A stretch of DNA of 64,000 nucleotides. Source: Eledone cirrhosa (Eukaryota). The position numbers and the translations under genes are program-made. Shown piece after piece: positions 14,400 through 28,800 of the stretch. Each line of letters begins with the position of its first letter. Position 1 is the first letter of the stretch. The stretch is from NCBI GenBank assembly GCA_964016885.1, contig OZ024744.1, forward strand, positions 121,954,001 to 122,018,000, in the 5' to 3' direction. The notes beneath the pieces are model-generated. The model was not told the DNA's origin, did no database searches, and saw only the letters and a list, made by a program, of their open reading frames with translations.

Positions 14400-17300
14400 A
14401 TGACCCAACCATCTCACACTATCTCTCTTCACAACATCCAGCACTACCTCTGTTCCTCTCACCCAGTCTCTTTCAACCTTCCTCAACACATGACCTAACC
14501 ATCTCAAACTATCTCTCTTCACAACATCCATCACTACCTCCATTCCTCTCAGCCAGTCATTTTTATCCTTCCTCAACTCATGACCCAACCATCTCACACT
14601 ATCTCTCTTCACAACATCCATCACTACCTCTATTCCTCTCACCCAGTCACTTTCATACTTCCTCAACACATGAGCCAATCATCTCACACTATCTCCCTTT
14701 ACAACATCCATCATTACCTCTATTCCTCTCACCCAGTCACATTCATACTTCCTCAATTATTGACCCAACCATCTCACACTATCTCTCTTCACAACATCCA
14801 TAACTAGCACTATTCCTCTCACCCAGTCACTTTTATCCTTCCTCAACACATGACCCAACCATCTCACACTATCTCTCTTCACAACATCCATCACTACCTC
14901 TATTCCTCTCATCCAGTCACTTTTATCCTTCCTCAACACATGACCCAACCATCTCACACGATCACCCTTCACAACATCCATCACTACATCTATTCCTCTC
15001 ACCCAGTCACTTTCATACTTCCTCAACACATGACCCAACCATCTCACACTATCTCTCTTCCCAACATCCATCACTACCTCTGTTACTCTCACCCAGTCAC
15101 ATTCATACTTCCTCAACACATGACCCAACCATCTCACACTATCTCCCTTCACAACATCCATTACTACCTGTATTCCTCTCACCCAGTCACTTTCATACTT
15201 CCTCAACACATGACACAACCATCTCACACTGTCTCTCTTCACAACATCCATCACTACCTCTATTCCTCTCACCCAGTCACTTTTATCCTTCCTCAACACA
15301 TGACCCAACCATCTCACACTATCTCTCTTCACAACATCCATCACTACCTCTATTCCTCTCATCCAGTCACTTTTATCCTTCCCAAACACATGACCCAACC
15401 ATCTCACACTATCTCTCTTCACAACATCCATCACTACCTCTATTCCTTTCACCCAGTCACTTTTATCCTTCCTCAACACATGACCCAACCATCTCACACG
15501 ATCACCCTTCACAACATCCATCACTACCTCTATTCCTCTCACCCAGTCACTTTCATACTTCCTCAACACATGACCCGACCATCTCACACTATCTCTCTTC
15601 ACAACATCCATCACTACCTCTGTTTCTCTCACCCAGTCACATTCATACTTCCTCAACTCATGACCCAACCATCTCACACTATCTCTCTTCACAACATCCA
15701 TCACTACCTTTATTCCTCTCACACAGTCACTTTCATACTTCCTCAACACATGACCCAACCATCTCACACTATCTCTCTTCACAACATCCATTACTACCTC
15801 TATTGCTCTCACCCAGTCACTTTTATCCTTCCTCAACACATGACCCAACCATCTCACACGATCACCCTTCACAACATCCATCACTACCTCTATTCCTCTC
15901 ACCCAGTCAATTTCATACTTCCTCAACACATGACCTAACCATCTCACACTATCTCTCTTCACAACATCCATCACTACCTCTATACCTCTCACCCAGTCAC
16001 TTTCATACTTCCTCAACACATGACCCAACCATCTCACACTATCTCTCTTCACAACATCCATCACTACCTCTATTCCTATCACCCAGTCACATTCATACTT
16101 CCTCAACACAGGACCCAACCATCTCACACTATCTCTCTTCACAACATCCATCACTACCTCTGTTCCTCTCACCCAGTCACTTTTATCCTTCCTCAACACA
16201 TGACCCAACCATCTCACACTATCTCTCTTTACAACATCCATCACTACCTCTATTCCTCTCACCCAGTCACTTTTATCCTTCCTCAACACATGATCAAACC
16301 ATCTCACACTATCTCTCCTCACAACATCCATCACTACCTCTATTCCTCTCACCCAGTCACTTTTATCCTTCCTCAACACATGACCCAACCATCTCACACT
16401 ATCTCTCTTCACAACATCCATCACTACCTCCATTCCTCTCAGCCAGTCACATTCATACTTCCTCAACACATGACCCAACCATCTCACACTATCTCTCTTC
16501 ACAACATCCATCACTACCTCTATTCCTCTCACACAGTCACTTTCATACTTCCTCAACACATGACCCAACCATCTCACACTATCACTCTTCACAACATCCA
16601 TCACAACCTCTATTCCTCTTACCCAGTCACCTTTATCCTTCCTGAACACATGAACCAACCATCTCACACTATCTCTCTTCACAACATCCATTACTACCTG
16701 TATTCCTCTCACACAGTCACTTTCATACTTCCTCAACACATGACCCAACCATCTCACACTATCTCACTTCACAACATCCATTACTACCTCTATTGCTCTC
16801 ACCCAGTCACTTTTATCCTTCCTCAACACATGACCCAACCATCTCACACTATCTCTCTTCACAACATCCATCACTACCTCTATTCCTCTCACCCAGTCAC
16901 ATTCATACTTCCTCAACACATGACCCAACCATCTCACACTGTCTCTCTTCACAAAATCCATCATACCTCTATTCCTCTCACCCAGTCACTTTTATACTTC
17001 CTCAACACATGACCCAACCGTCTCAGACTATCTCTCTTCACAACATCCATCACTACCTCTATTCCTCTCACCCAGTCACTTTTATCCTTCCTCAACACAT
17101 GACCCAACCATCTCACACTATCTCTCTTCACAACATCCATCACTACCTCTATTCCTCTCACCCAGTCACATTCATACTTCCTCAACACATGACCCAACCA
17201 TCTCACACTATCTCTCTTCACAACATCCATTACTACCTGTATTCCTCTCACCCAGTCACTTTCATACTTCCTCAACACATGACCCAACCATCTCACACTA

Positions 17301-20300
17301 TCTCACTTCACAACATCCATTACTACCTCTATTGCTCTCACCCAGTCAATTTTATCCTTCCTCAACACATGACCCAACCATCTCACACTATCTCTCTTCA
17401 CAACATCCATCACTACCTTTATTCCTTTCACCCAGTCACTTTTATCCTTCCTCAACACATGACCCAACCATCTCACACGATCACCCTTCACAACATCCAT
17501 CACTACCTCTATTCCTCTCACCCAGTCACTTTCATACTTCCTCAACACATGACCCAACCATCTCACACTATCTCTCTTCACAACATCCATCACTACCTCT
17601 GTTTCTCTCACCCAGTCACATTCATACTTCCTCAACACATGACCCAACCATCTCACACTATCTCTCTTCACAACATCCATCACTACCTCTGTTCCTCTTA
17701 CCCAGTCAAGTTTATCCTTCCTCAACACATGACCCAACCATCTCACACTATCTCTCTTCACAACATCCATTACTACCTGTATTCCTCTCACCCAGTCACT
17801 TTTATCCTTCCTCAACACATGACCCAACCATCTCACACTATCTCTCTTCACAACATCCATCACTACCTCTATACCTCTCACCCAGTCACTTTCATACTTC
17901 CTCAACACATGACCCAACCATCTCAAACTATCTCTCTTCACAACATCCATCACTACCTCTATTCCTCTCACCCAGTCACTTTTATCCTTCCTCAACACAT
18001 GACCCAACAATCTCACACTATCTCTCTTCACAACATCCATCACTACCTCTATTCCTCTCACCCAGTCACTTTTATCCTTCCTCAACACATGACGCAACCA
18101 TCTCACACGATCACTCTTCACAACATCCATCACTACCTCTATTCCTCTCACCCAGTCACTTTCATACTTCCTCAACACATGACCCAACCATCTCACACTA
18201 TCACTCTTCACAACATCCATCACAACCTCTATTCCTCTTACCCAGTCACCTTTAACCTTCCTGAACACATGAACCAACCATCTCACACTATCTCTCTTCA
18301 CAACATCCATTACTACCTGTATTCCTCTCACACAGTCACTTTCATACTTCCTCAACACATGACCCAACCATCTCACACTATCTCACTTCACAACATCCAT
18401 TACTACCTCTATTGCTCTCACCCAGTCACTTTTATCCTTCCTCAACACATGACCCAACCATCTCACACTATCTCTCTTCACAACATCCATCACTACCTCT
18501 ATTCCTCTCACCCAGTCACATTCATACTTCCTCAACACATGACCCAACCATCTCACACTGTCTCTCTTCACAAAATCCATCACTACCTCTATTCCTCTCA
18601 CCCAGTCACTTTTATACTTCCTCAACACATGACCCAACCGTCTCAGACTATCTCTCTTCACAACATCCATCACTACCTCTATTCCTCTCACCCAGTCACT
18701 TTTATCCTTCCTCAACACATGACCCAACCATCTCACACTATCTCTCTTCACAACATCCATCACTACCTCTATTCCCCTCACCCAGTCACATTCATACTTC
18801 CTCAACACATGACCCAACCATCTCACACTATCTCTCTTCACAACATCCATTACTACCTGTATTCCTCTCACCCAGTCACTTTCATACTTCCTCAACACAT
18901 GACCCAACCATCTCACACTATCTCACTTCACAACATCCATTACTACCTCTATTGCTCTCACCCAGTCAATTTTATCCTTCCTCAACACATGACCCAACCA
19001 TCTCACACTATCTCTCTTCACAACATCCATCACTACCTTTATTCCTTTCACCCAGTCACTTTTATCCTTCCTCAACACATGACCCAACCATCTCACACGA
19101 TCACCCTTCACAACATCCATCACTACCTCTATTCCTCTCACCCAGTCACTTTCATACTTCCTCAACACATGACCCAACCATCTCACACTATCTCTCTTCA
19201 CAACATCCATCACTACCTCTGTTTCTCTCACCCAGTCACATTCATACTTCCTCAACACATGACCCAACCATCTCACACTATATCTCTTCACAACATCCAT
19301 CACTACCTCTGTTCCTCTTACCCAGTCAAGTTTATCCTTCCTCAACACATGACCCAACCATGTCACACTATCTCTCTTCACAACATCCATTACTACCTGT
19401 ATTCCTCTCACCCAGTCACTTTTATCCTTCCTCAACACATGACCCAACCATCTCACACTATCTCTCTTCACAACATCCATCACTACCTCCATTCCTCTCA
19501 GCCAGTCACTTTTATCCTTCCTCAACACATGACCCAACCATCTCACACTATCTCTCTTCACAACATCCATCACTACCTCTATTCCTCTCACCCAGTCACT
19601 TTCATACTTCCTCAACACATGAGCCAATCATCTCACACTATCTCTCTTCACAACATCCATCACTACCTCTATTCCTCTCACCCAGTCACTTTTATCCTTC
19701 CTCAACACATAACCCAACCATCTCACACTATCTCTCTTCACAACATCCATCACTACCTCTATTCCTCTCACCCAGTCACTTTTATCCTTCCTCAACACAT
19801 GACCCAACCATCTCACTCTATCTCTCTTCACAACATCCATCACTACCTCTATTCCTCTCACCCAGTCACTTTTATCCTTCCTCAACACATGACCCAACCA
19901 TCTCACACTATCTCTCTTCACAACATCCATCACTACCTCTATTCCTCTCACCCAGTCACTTTCATACTTCCTCAACACATGAGCCAACTATCTCACACTA
20001 TCTCTCTTCACAACATCCAGCACTAGCTCTGTTCCTCTCACCCAGTCTCTTTCAACCTTCCTCAACACATGATCCAACCATCTCACACTATCTCTCCTCA
20101 CAACATCCATCACTACCTCCATTCCTCTCAGCCAGTCACTTTTATCCTTCCTCAACACATGACCCAACCATCTCACACTATCTCTCTTCACAACATCCAT
20201 CACTACCTCTATTCCTCTCACCCAGTCACTTTCATACTTCCTCAACACATGAGCCAATCATCTCACACTTTCTCCCTTTACAACATCCATCACTACCTCT

Positions 20301-23300
20301 ATTCCTCTCACCCAGTCAATTTCATACTTCCTCAACACATGACCAAACCATCTCACACTATCTCTCTTCACAACATCCATCACTACCGCTATACCTCTCA
20401 CCCAGTCACTTTCATACTTCCTCAACACATGACCCAACCATCTCACACTATCTCTCTTCACAACATCCATCACTACATCTATTCCTCTCACCCAGTCACT
20501 TTTATACTTCCTCAACTCATGACCCAACCATCTCACACTATCTCTCTTCACAACATCCATCACTACCTCTATTCCTCTCACCCAGTCACTTTTATCCTTC
20601 CTCAACACATAACCCAACCATCTCACACTATCTCTCTTCACAACATCCATCACTACCTCTATTCCTTTCACCCAGTCACTTTTATCCTTCCTCAACACAT
20701 GACCCAACCATCTCACACGATCACCCTTCACAACATCCATCACTACCTCTATTCCTCTCACCCAGTCACTTTCATACTTCCTCAACACATGACCCGACCA
20801 TCTCACACTATCTCTCTTCACAACATCCATCACTACCTCTGTTTCTCTCACCCAGTCACATTCATACTTCCTCAACTCATGACCCAACCATCTCACACTA
20901 TCTCTCTTCACAACATCCATCACTACCTTTATTCCTCTCACACAGTCACTTTCATACTTCCTCAACACATGACCCAACCATCTCACACTATCTCTCTTCA
21001 CAACATCCATTACTACCTCTATTGCTCTCACCCAGTCACTTTTATCCTTCCTCAACACATGACCCAACCATCTCACACGATCACCCTTCACAACATCCAT
21101 CACTACCTCTATTCCTCTCACCCAGTCAATTTCATACTTCCTCAACACATGACCTAACCATCTCACACTATCTCTCTTCACAACATCCATCACTACCTCT
21201 ATACCTCTCACCCAGTCACTTTCATACTTCCTCAACACATGACCCAACCATCTCACACTAACTCTCTTCACAACATCCATCACTACCTCTATTCCTATCA
21301 CCCAGTCACATTCATACTTCCTCAACACAGGACCCAACCATCTCACACTATCTCTCTTCACAACATCCATCACTACCTCTGTTCCTCTCACCCAGTCACT
21401 TTTATCCTTCCTCAACACATGACCCAACCATCTCACACTATCTCTCTTTACAACATCCATCACTACCTCTATTCCTCTCACCCAGTCACTTTTATCCTTC
21501 CTCAACACATGATCCAACCATCTCACACTATCTCTCCTCACAACATCCATCACTACCTCTATTCCTCTCACCCAGTCACTTTTATCCTTCCTCAACACAT
21601 GACCCAACCATCTCACACTATCTCTCTTCACAAAATCCATCACTACCTCTATTCCTCTCACCCAGTCACTTTTATACTTCCTCAACACATGACCCAACCG
21701 TCTCAGACTATCTCTCTTCACAACATCCATCACTACCTCTATTCCTCTCACCCAGTCACTTTTATCCTTCCTCAACACATGACCCAACCATCTCACACTA
21801 TCTCTCTTCACAACATCCATCACTACCTCTATTCCTCTCACCCAGTCACATTCATACTTCCTCAACACATGACCCAACCATCTCACACTATCTCTCTCCA
21901 CAACATCCATTACTACCTGTATTCCTCTCACCCAGTCACTTTCATACTTCCTCAACACATGACCCAACCATCTCACACTATCTCTCTTCACAACATCCAT
22001 CACTACCTCTGTTCCTCTTACCCAGTCAAGTTTATCCTTCCTCAACACATGACCCAACCATCTCACACTATCTCTCTTCACAACATCCATTACTACCTGT
22101 ATTCCTCTCACCCAGTCACTTTTATCCTTCCTCAACACATGACCCAACCATCTCACACGATCACCCTTCACAACATCCATCACTACCTCTATTCCTCTCA
22201 CCCAGTCAATTTCATACTTCCTCAACACATGACCCAACCATCTCACACTATCTCTCTTCACAACATCCATCACTACCTCTATACCTCTCACCCAGTCACT
22301 TTCATACTTCCTCAACACATGACCCAACCATCTCAAACTATCTCTCTTCACAACATCCATCACTACCTCTATTCCTCTCACCCAGTCACTTTTATCCTTC
22401 CTCAACACATGACCCAACAATCTCACACTATCTCTCTTCACAACATCCATCACTACCTCTATTCCTCTCACCCAGTCACTTTTATCCTTCCTCAACACAT
22501 GACGCAACCATCTCACACGATCACTCTTCACAACATCCATCACTACCTCTATTCCTCTCACCCAGTCACTTTCATACTTCCTCAACACATGACCCAACCA
22601 TCTCACACTATCTCTCTTCACGACATTCATCACTACATCTATTCCTCTCACCCAGTCACTTTTATCCTTCCTCAACACATGACCCAACCATCTCACACTA
22701 TCTCTCTTCACAACATCCATCACTACCTCTATTCCTCTCACCCAGTCTCTTTCATACTTCCTCAACACATGAGCCAACCATCTCACACTATCTCTCTTCA
22801 CAACATCCAGCACTACCTCTGTTCCTCTCACCCAGTCTCTTTCAACCTTCCTAAACACATGACCTAACCATCTCAAACTATCTCTCTTCACAACATCCAT
22901 CACTACCTCCATTCCTCTCAGCCAGTCATTTTTATCCTTCCTCAACACATGACCCAACCATCTCACACTATCTCTCTTCACAACATCCATCACTACCTCT
23001 ATTCCTCTCACCCAGTCACTTTCATACTTCCTCAACACATGAGCCAATCATCTCACACTATCTCCCTTTACAACATCCATCATTACCTCTATTCCTCTCA
23101 CCCAGTCACATTCATACTTCCTCAATACATGACCCAACCATCTCACACTATCTCTCTTCACAACATCCATAACTAGCTCTATTCCTCTCACCCAGTCACT
23201 TTTATCCTTCCTCAACACATGACCCAACCATCTCACACTATCTCTCTTCACAACATCCATCACTACCTCTATTCCTCTCATCCAGTCACTTTTATCCTTC

Positions 23301-26200
23301 CTCAACACATGACCCAACCATCTCACACGATCACCCTTCACAACATCCATCACTACATCTATTCCTCTCACCCAGTCACTTTCATACTTCCTCAACACAT
23401 GACCCAACCTTCTCACACTATCTCTCTTCCCAACATCCATCACTACCTCTGTTACTCTCACCCAGTCACATTCATACTTCCTCAACACATGACCCAACCA
23501 TCTCACACTATCTCTCTTCACAACATCCATCACTACCTCTGTTCCTCTTACCCAGTCAAGTTTATCCTTCCTCAACACATGACCCAACCATCTCACACTA
23601 TCTCCCTTCACAACATCCATTACTACCTGTATTCCTCTCACCCAGTCACTTTCATACTTCCTCAACACATGACTCAACCATCTCACACTGTCTCTCTTCA
23701 CAACATCCATCACTACCACTATTCCTCTCACCCAGTCACTTTTATCCTTCCCAAACACATGACCCAACCATCTCACACTATCTCTCTTCACAACATCCAT
23801 CACTACCTCTATTCCTTTCACCCAGTCACTTTTATCCTTCCTCAACACATGACCCAACCATCTCACACGATCACCCTTCACAACATCCATCACTACCTCT
23901 ATTCCTCTCACCCAGTCACTTTCATACTTCCTCAACACATGACCCGACCATCTCACACTATCTCTCTTCACAACATCCATCACTACCTCTGTTTCTCTCA
24001 CCCAGTCACATTCATACTTCCTCAACTCATGACCCAACCATCTCACACTATCTCTCTTCACAACATCCATCACTACCTTTATTCCTCTCACACAGTCACT
24101 TTCATACTTCCTCAACACATGACCCAACCATCTCACACTATCTCTCTTCACAACATCCATTACTACCTCTATTGCTCTCACCCAGTCACTTTTATCCTTC
24201 CTCAACACATGACCCAACCATCTCACACGATCACCCTTCACAACATCCATCACTACCTCTATTCCTCTCACCCAGTCAATTTCATACTTCCTCAACACAT
24301 GACCTAACCATCTCACACTATCTCTCTTCACAACATCCATCACTACCTCTATACCTCTCACCCAGTCACTTTCATACTTCCTCAACACATGACCCAACCA
24401 TCTCACACTATCTCTCTTCACAACATCCATCACTACCTCTATTCCTATCACCCAGTCACATTCATACTTCCTCAACACAGGACCCAACCATCTCACACTA
24501 TCTCTCTTCACAACATCCATCACTACCTCTGTTCCTCTCACCCAGTCACTTTTATCCTTCCTCAACACATGACCCAACCATCTCACACTATCTCTCTTTA
24601 CAACATCCATCACTACCTCTATTCCTCTCACCCAGTCACTTTTATCCTTCCTCAACACATGATCCGAACATCTCACACTATCTCTCCTCACAACATCCAT
24701 AAACTACCTCTATTCCTCTCACCCAGTCACTTTTATCCTTCCTCAACACATGACCCAACCATCTCACACTATCTCTCTTCACAACATCCATCACTACCTC
24801 CATTCCTCTCAGCCAGTCACATTCATACTTCCTCAACACATGACCCAACCATCTCACACTATCTCTCTTCACAACATCCATCACTACCTCTATTCCTCTC
24901 ACACAGTCACTTTCATACTTCCTCAACACATGACCCAACCATCTCACACTATCACTCTTCACAACATCCATCACAACCTCTATTCCTCTTACCCAGTCAC
25001 CTTTATCCTTCCTGAACACATGAACCAACCATCTCACACTATCTCTCTTCACAACATCCATTACTACCTGTATTCCTCTCACACAGTCACTTTCATACTT
25101 CCTCAACACATGACCCAACCATCTCACACTATCTCACTTCACAACATCCATTACTACCTCTATTGCTCTCACGCAGTCACTTTTATCCTTCCTCAACACA
25201 TGACCCAACCATCTCACACTATCTCTCTTCACAACATCCATCACTACCTCTATTCCTCTCACCCAGTCACATTCATACTTCCTCAACACATGACCCAACC
25301 ATCTCACACTGTCTCTCTTCACAAAATCCATCATACCTCTATTCCTCTCACCCAGTCACTTTTATACTTCCTCAACACATGACCCAACCGTCTCAGACTA
25401 TCTCTCTTCACAACATCCATCACTACCTCTATTCCTCTCACCCAGTCACTTTTATCCTTCCTCAACACATGACCCAACCATCTCACACTATCTCTCTTCA
25501 CAACATCCATCACTACCTCTATTCCTCTCACCCAGTCACATTCATACTTCCTCAACACATGACCCAACCATCTCACACTATCTCTCTTCACAACATCCAT
25601 TACTACCTGTATTCCTCTCACCCAGTCACTTTCATACTTCCTCAACACATGACCCAACCATCTCACACTATCTCACTTCACAACATCCATTACTACCTCT
25701 ATTGCTCTCACCCAGTCAATTTTATCCTTCCTCAACACATGACCCAACCATCTCACACTATCTCTCTTCACAACATCCATCACTACCTTTATTCCTTTCA
25801 CCCAGTCACTTTTATCCTTCCTCAACACATGACCCAACCATCTCACACGATCACCCTTCACAACATCCATCACTACCTCTATTCCTCTCACCCAGTCACT
25901 TTCATACTTCCTCAACACATGACCCAACCATCTCACACTATCTCTCTTCACAACATCCATCACTACCTCTGTTTCTCTCACCCAGTCACATTCATACTTC
26001 CTCAACACATGACCCAACCATCTCACACTATCTCTCTTCACAACATCCATCACTACCTCTGTTCCTCTTACCCAGTCAAGTTTATCCTTCCTCAACACAT
26101 GACCCAACCATCTCACACTATCTCTCTTCACAACATCCATTACTACCTGTATTCCTCTCACCCAGTCACTTTTATCCTTCCTCAACACATGACCCAACCA
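14400..26200. repeat. About 3.4-kb block (about 14.4-17.8 kb) repeated at +8370 bp (93 monomers; about 22.8-26.2 kb)
   Basis: The same 1-bp deletion 'acaaaatccatcatacctc' occurs at 16961 and 25331. Flanking variants gagccaatc (14672/23041) and cccaaac (15381/23750) share the offset. Confidence 0.85.
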
Positions 26201-26580
26201 TCTCACACTATCTCTCTTCACAACATCCATCACTACCTCTATTCCTCTCACCCAGTCACTTTTATCCTTCCTCAACACATGACCCAACAATCTCACACTA
26301 TCTCTCTTCACAACATCCATCACTACCTCTATTCCTCTCACCCAGTCACTTTTATCCTTCCTCAACACATGACGCAACCATCTCACACGATCACTCTTCA
26401 CAACATCCATCACTACCTCTATTCCTCTCACCCAGTCACTTTCATACTTCCTCAACACATGACCCAACCATCTCACACTATCTCTCTTCACGACATTCAT
26501 CACTACATCTATTCCTCTCACCCAGTCACTTTTATCCTTCCTCAACACATGACCCAACCATCTCACACTATCTCTCTTCA

Positions 26581-27120
26581 CAACATCCATCACTACCTCT
26601 ATTCCTCTCACCCAGTCTCTTTCATACTTCCTCAACACATGAGCCAACCATCTCACACTATCTCTCTTCACAACATCCAGCACTACCTCTGTTCCTCTCA
26701 CCCAGTCTCTTTCAACCTTCCTCAACACATGACCTAACCATCTCAAACTATCTCTCTTCACAACATCCATCACTACCTCCATTCCTCTCAGCCAGTCATT
26801 TTTATCCTTCCTCAACACATGACCCAACCATCTCACACTATCTCTCTTCACAACATCCATCACTACCTCTATTCCTCTCACCCAGTCTCTTTCATACTTC
26901 CTCAACACATGAGCCAACCATCTCACACTATCTCTCTTCACAACATCCAGCACTACCTCTGTTCCTCTCACCCAGTCTCTTTCAACCTTCCTCAACACAT
27001 GACCTAACCATCTCAAACTATCTCTCTTCACAACATCCATCACTACCTCCATTCCTCTCAGCCAGTCATTTTTATCCTTCCTCAACACATGACCCAACCA
27101 TCTCACACTATCTCTCTTCA
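26581..27120. repeat. Local 270-bp (3-monomer) tandem duplication
   Basis: The variant string cccagtctct / gagccaacc / catccagcac / ttcaacc / gacctaaccatctcaaac / gccagtcatt occurs from 26611 and again from 26881. Confidence 0.9.
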
Positions 27121-28149
27121 CAACATCCATCACTACCTCTATTCCTCTCACCCAGTCACTTTCATACTTCCTCAACACATGAGCCAATCATCTCACACTA
27201 TCTCCCTTTACAACATCCATCACTACCTCTATTCCTCTCACCCAGTCACATTCATACTTCCTCAATACATGACCCAACCATCTCACACTATCTCTCTTCA
27301 CAACATCCATAACTAGCTCTATTCCTCTCACCCAGTCACTTTTATCCTTCCTCAACACATGACCCAACCATCTCACACTATCTCTCTTCACAACATCCAT
27401 CACTACCTCTATTCCTCTCATCCAGTCACTTTTATCCTTCCTCAACACATGACCCAACCATCTCACACGATCACCCTTCACAACATCCATCACTACATCT
27501 ATTCCTCTCACCCAGTCACTTTCATACTTCCTCAACACATGACCCAACCATCTCACACTATCTCTCTTCCCAACATCCATCACTACCTCTGTTACTCTCA
27601 CCCAGTCACATTCATACTTCCTCAACACATGACCCAACCATCTCACACTATCTCTCTTCACAACATCCATCACTACCTCTGTTCCTCTTACCCAGTCAAG
27701 TTTATCCTTCCTCAACACATGATCCAACCATCTCACACTATCTCTCTTCACAACATCCATTACTACCTGTATTCCTCTCACCCAGTCACTTTCATACTTC
27801 CTCAACACATGACTCAACCATCTCACACTGTCTCTCTTCACAACATCCATCACTACCTCTATTCCTCTCACCCAGTCACTTTTATCCTTCCTCAACACAT
27901 GACCCAACCATCTCACACTATCTCTCTTCACAACATCCATCACTACCTCTATTCCTCTCACCCAGTCACTTTTATACTTCCTCAACACATGACCCAACCA
28001 TCTCACACTATCTCTCTTCACAACATCCATCACTACCTCTATTCCTCTCACCCAGTCACCTTTATACTTCCTCAACACATGACCCAACCATCTCACACTA
28101 TCTCTCTTCACAACATCCATCACTACCTCTATTCCTCTCACCCAGTCAA

Positions 28150-28800
28150 TTTTATCCTTCCCAAACACATGACCCAACCATCTCATACTATCTCTCTTCA
28201 CAACATCCATCACTACCTTTATTCCTTTCACCCAGTCACTTTATCCGTCCTCAACACATGACCCAACCATCTCACACGATCACCCTTCACAACATCCATC
28301 ACTACCTCTATTCCTCTCACCCAGTCACTTTCATACTTCCTCAACACATGACCCAACCATCTCACACCATCTCTCTTCACAACATCCATCACTACCTCTG
28401 TTTCTCTCACCCAGTCACATTCATACTTCCTCAACACATGACCCAACCACCTCACACTATCTCTCTTCACAACATCCATCACTACCTCTGTTTCTCTCAC
28501 CCAGTCACATTCATACTTCCTCAACACATGACCCAACCATCTCACACTATCTCTCTTCACAACATCCATCACTACCTCTATTCCTCTCACCCAGTCACTT
28601 TTATCCTTCCCAAACACATGACCCAACCATCTCATACTATCTCTCTTCACAACATCAATCACTACCTTTATTCCTTTCACCCAGTCACTTTATCCGTCCT
28701 CAACACATGACCCAACCATCTCACACGATCACCCTTCACAACATCCATCACTACCTCTATTCCTCTCACCCAGTCACTTTCATACTTCCTCAACACATGA
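28150..28800. repeat. 449-bp-spaced pair of 89-bp deletion monomers (cactttatccgtcc), also present as a pair at about 58478/58927
   Basis: A 1-bp T deletion linked to 'ccgtcc' and 'tctcatacta' occurs at about 28241, 28690, 33729, 58478 and 58927. Confidence 0.88.
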
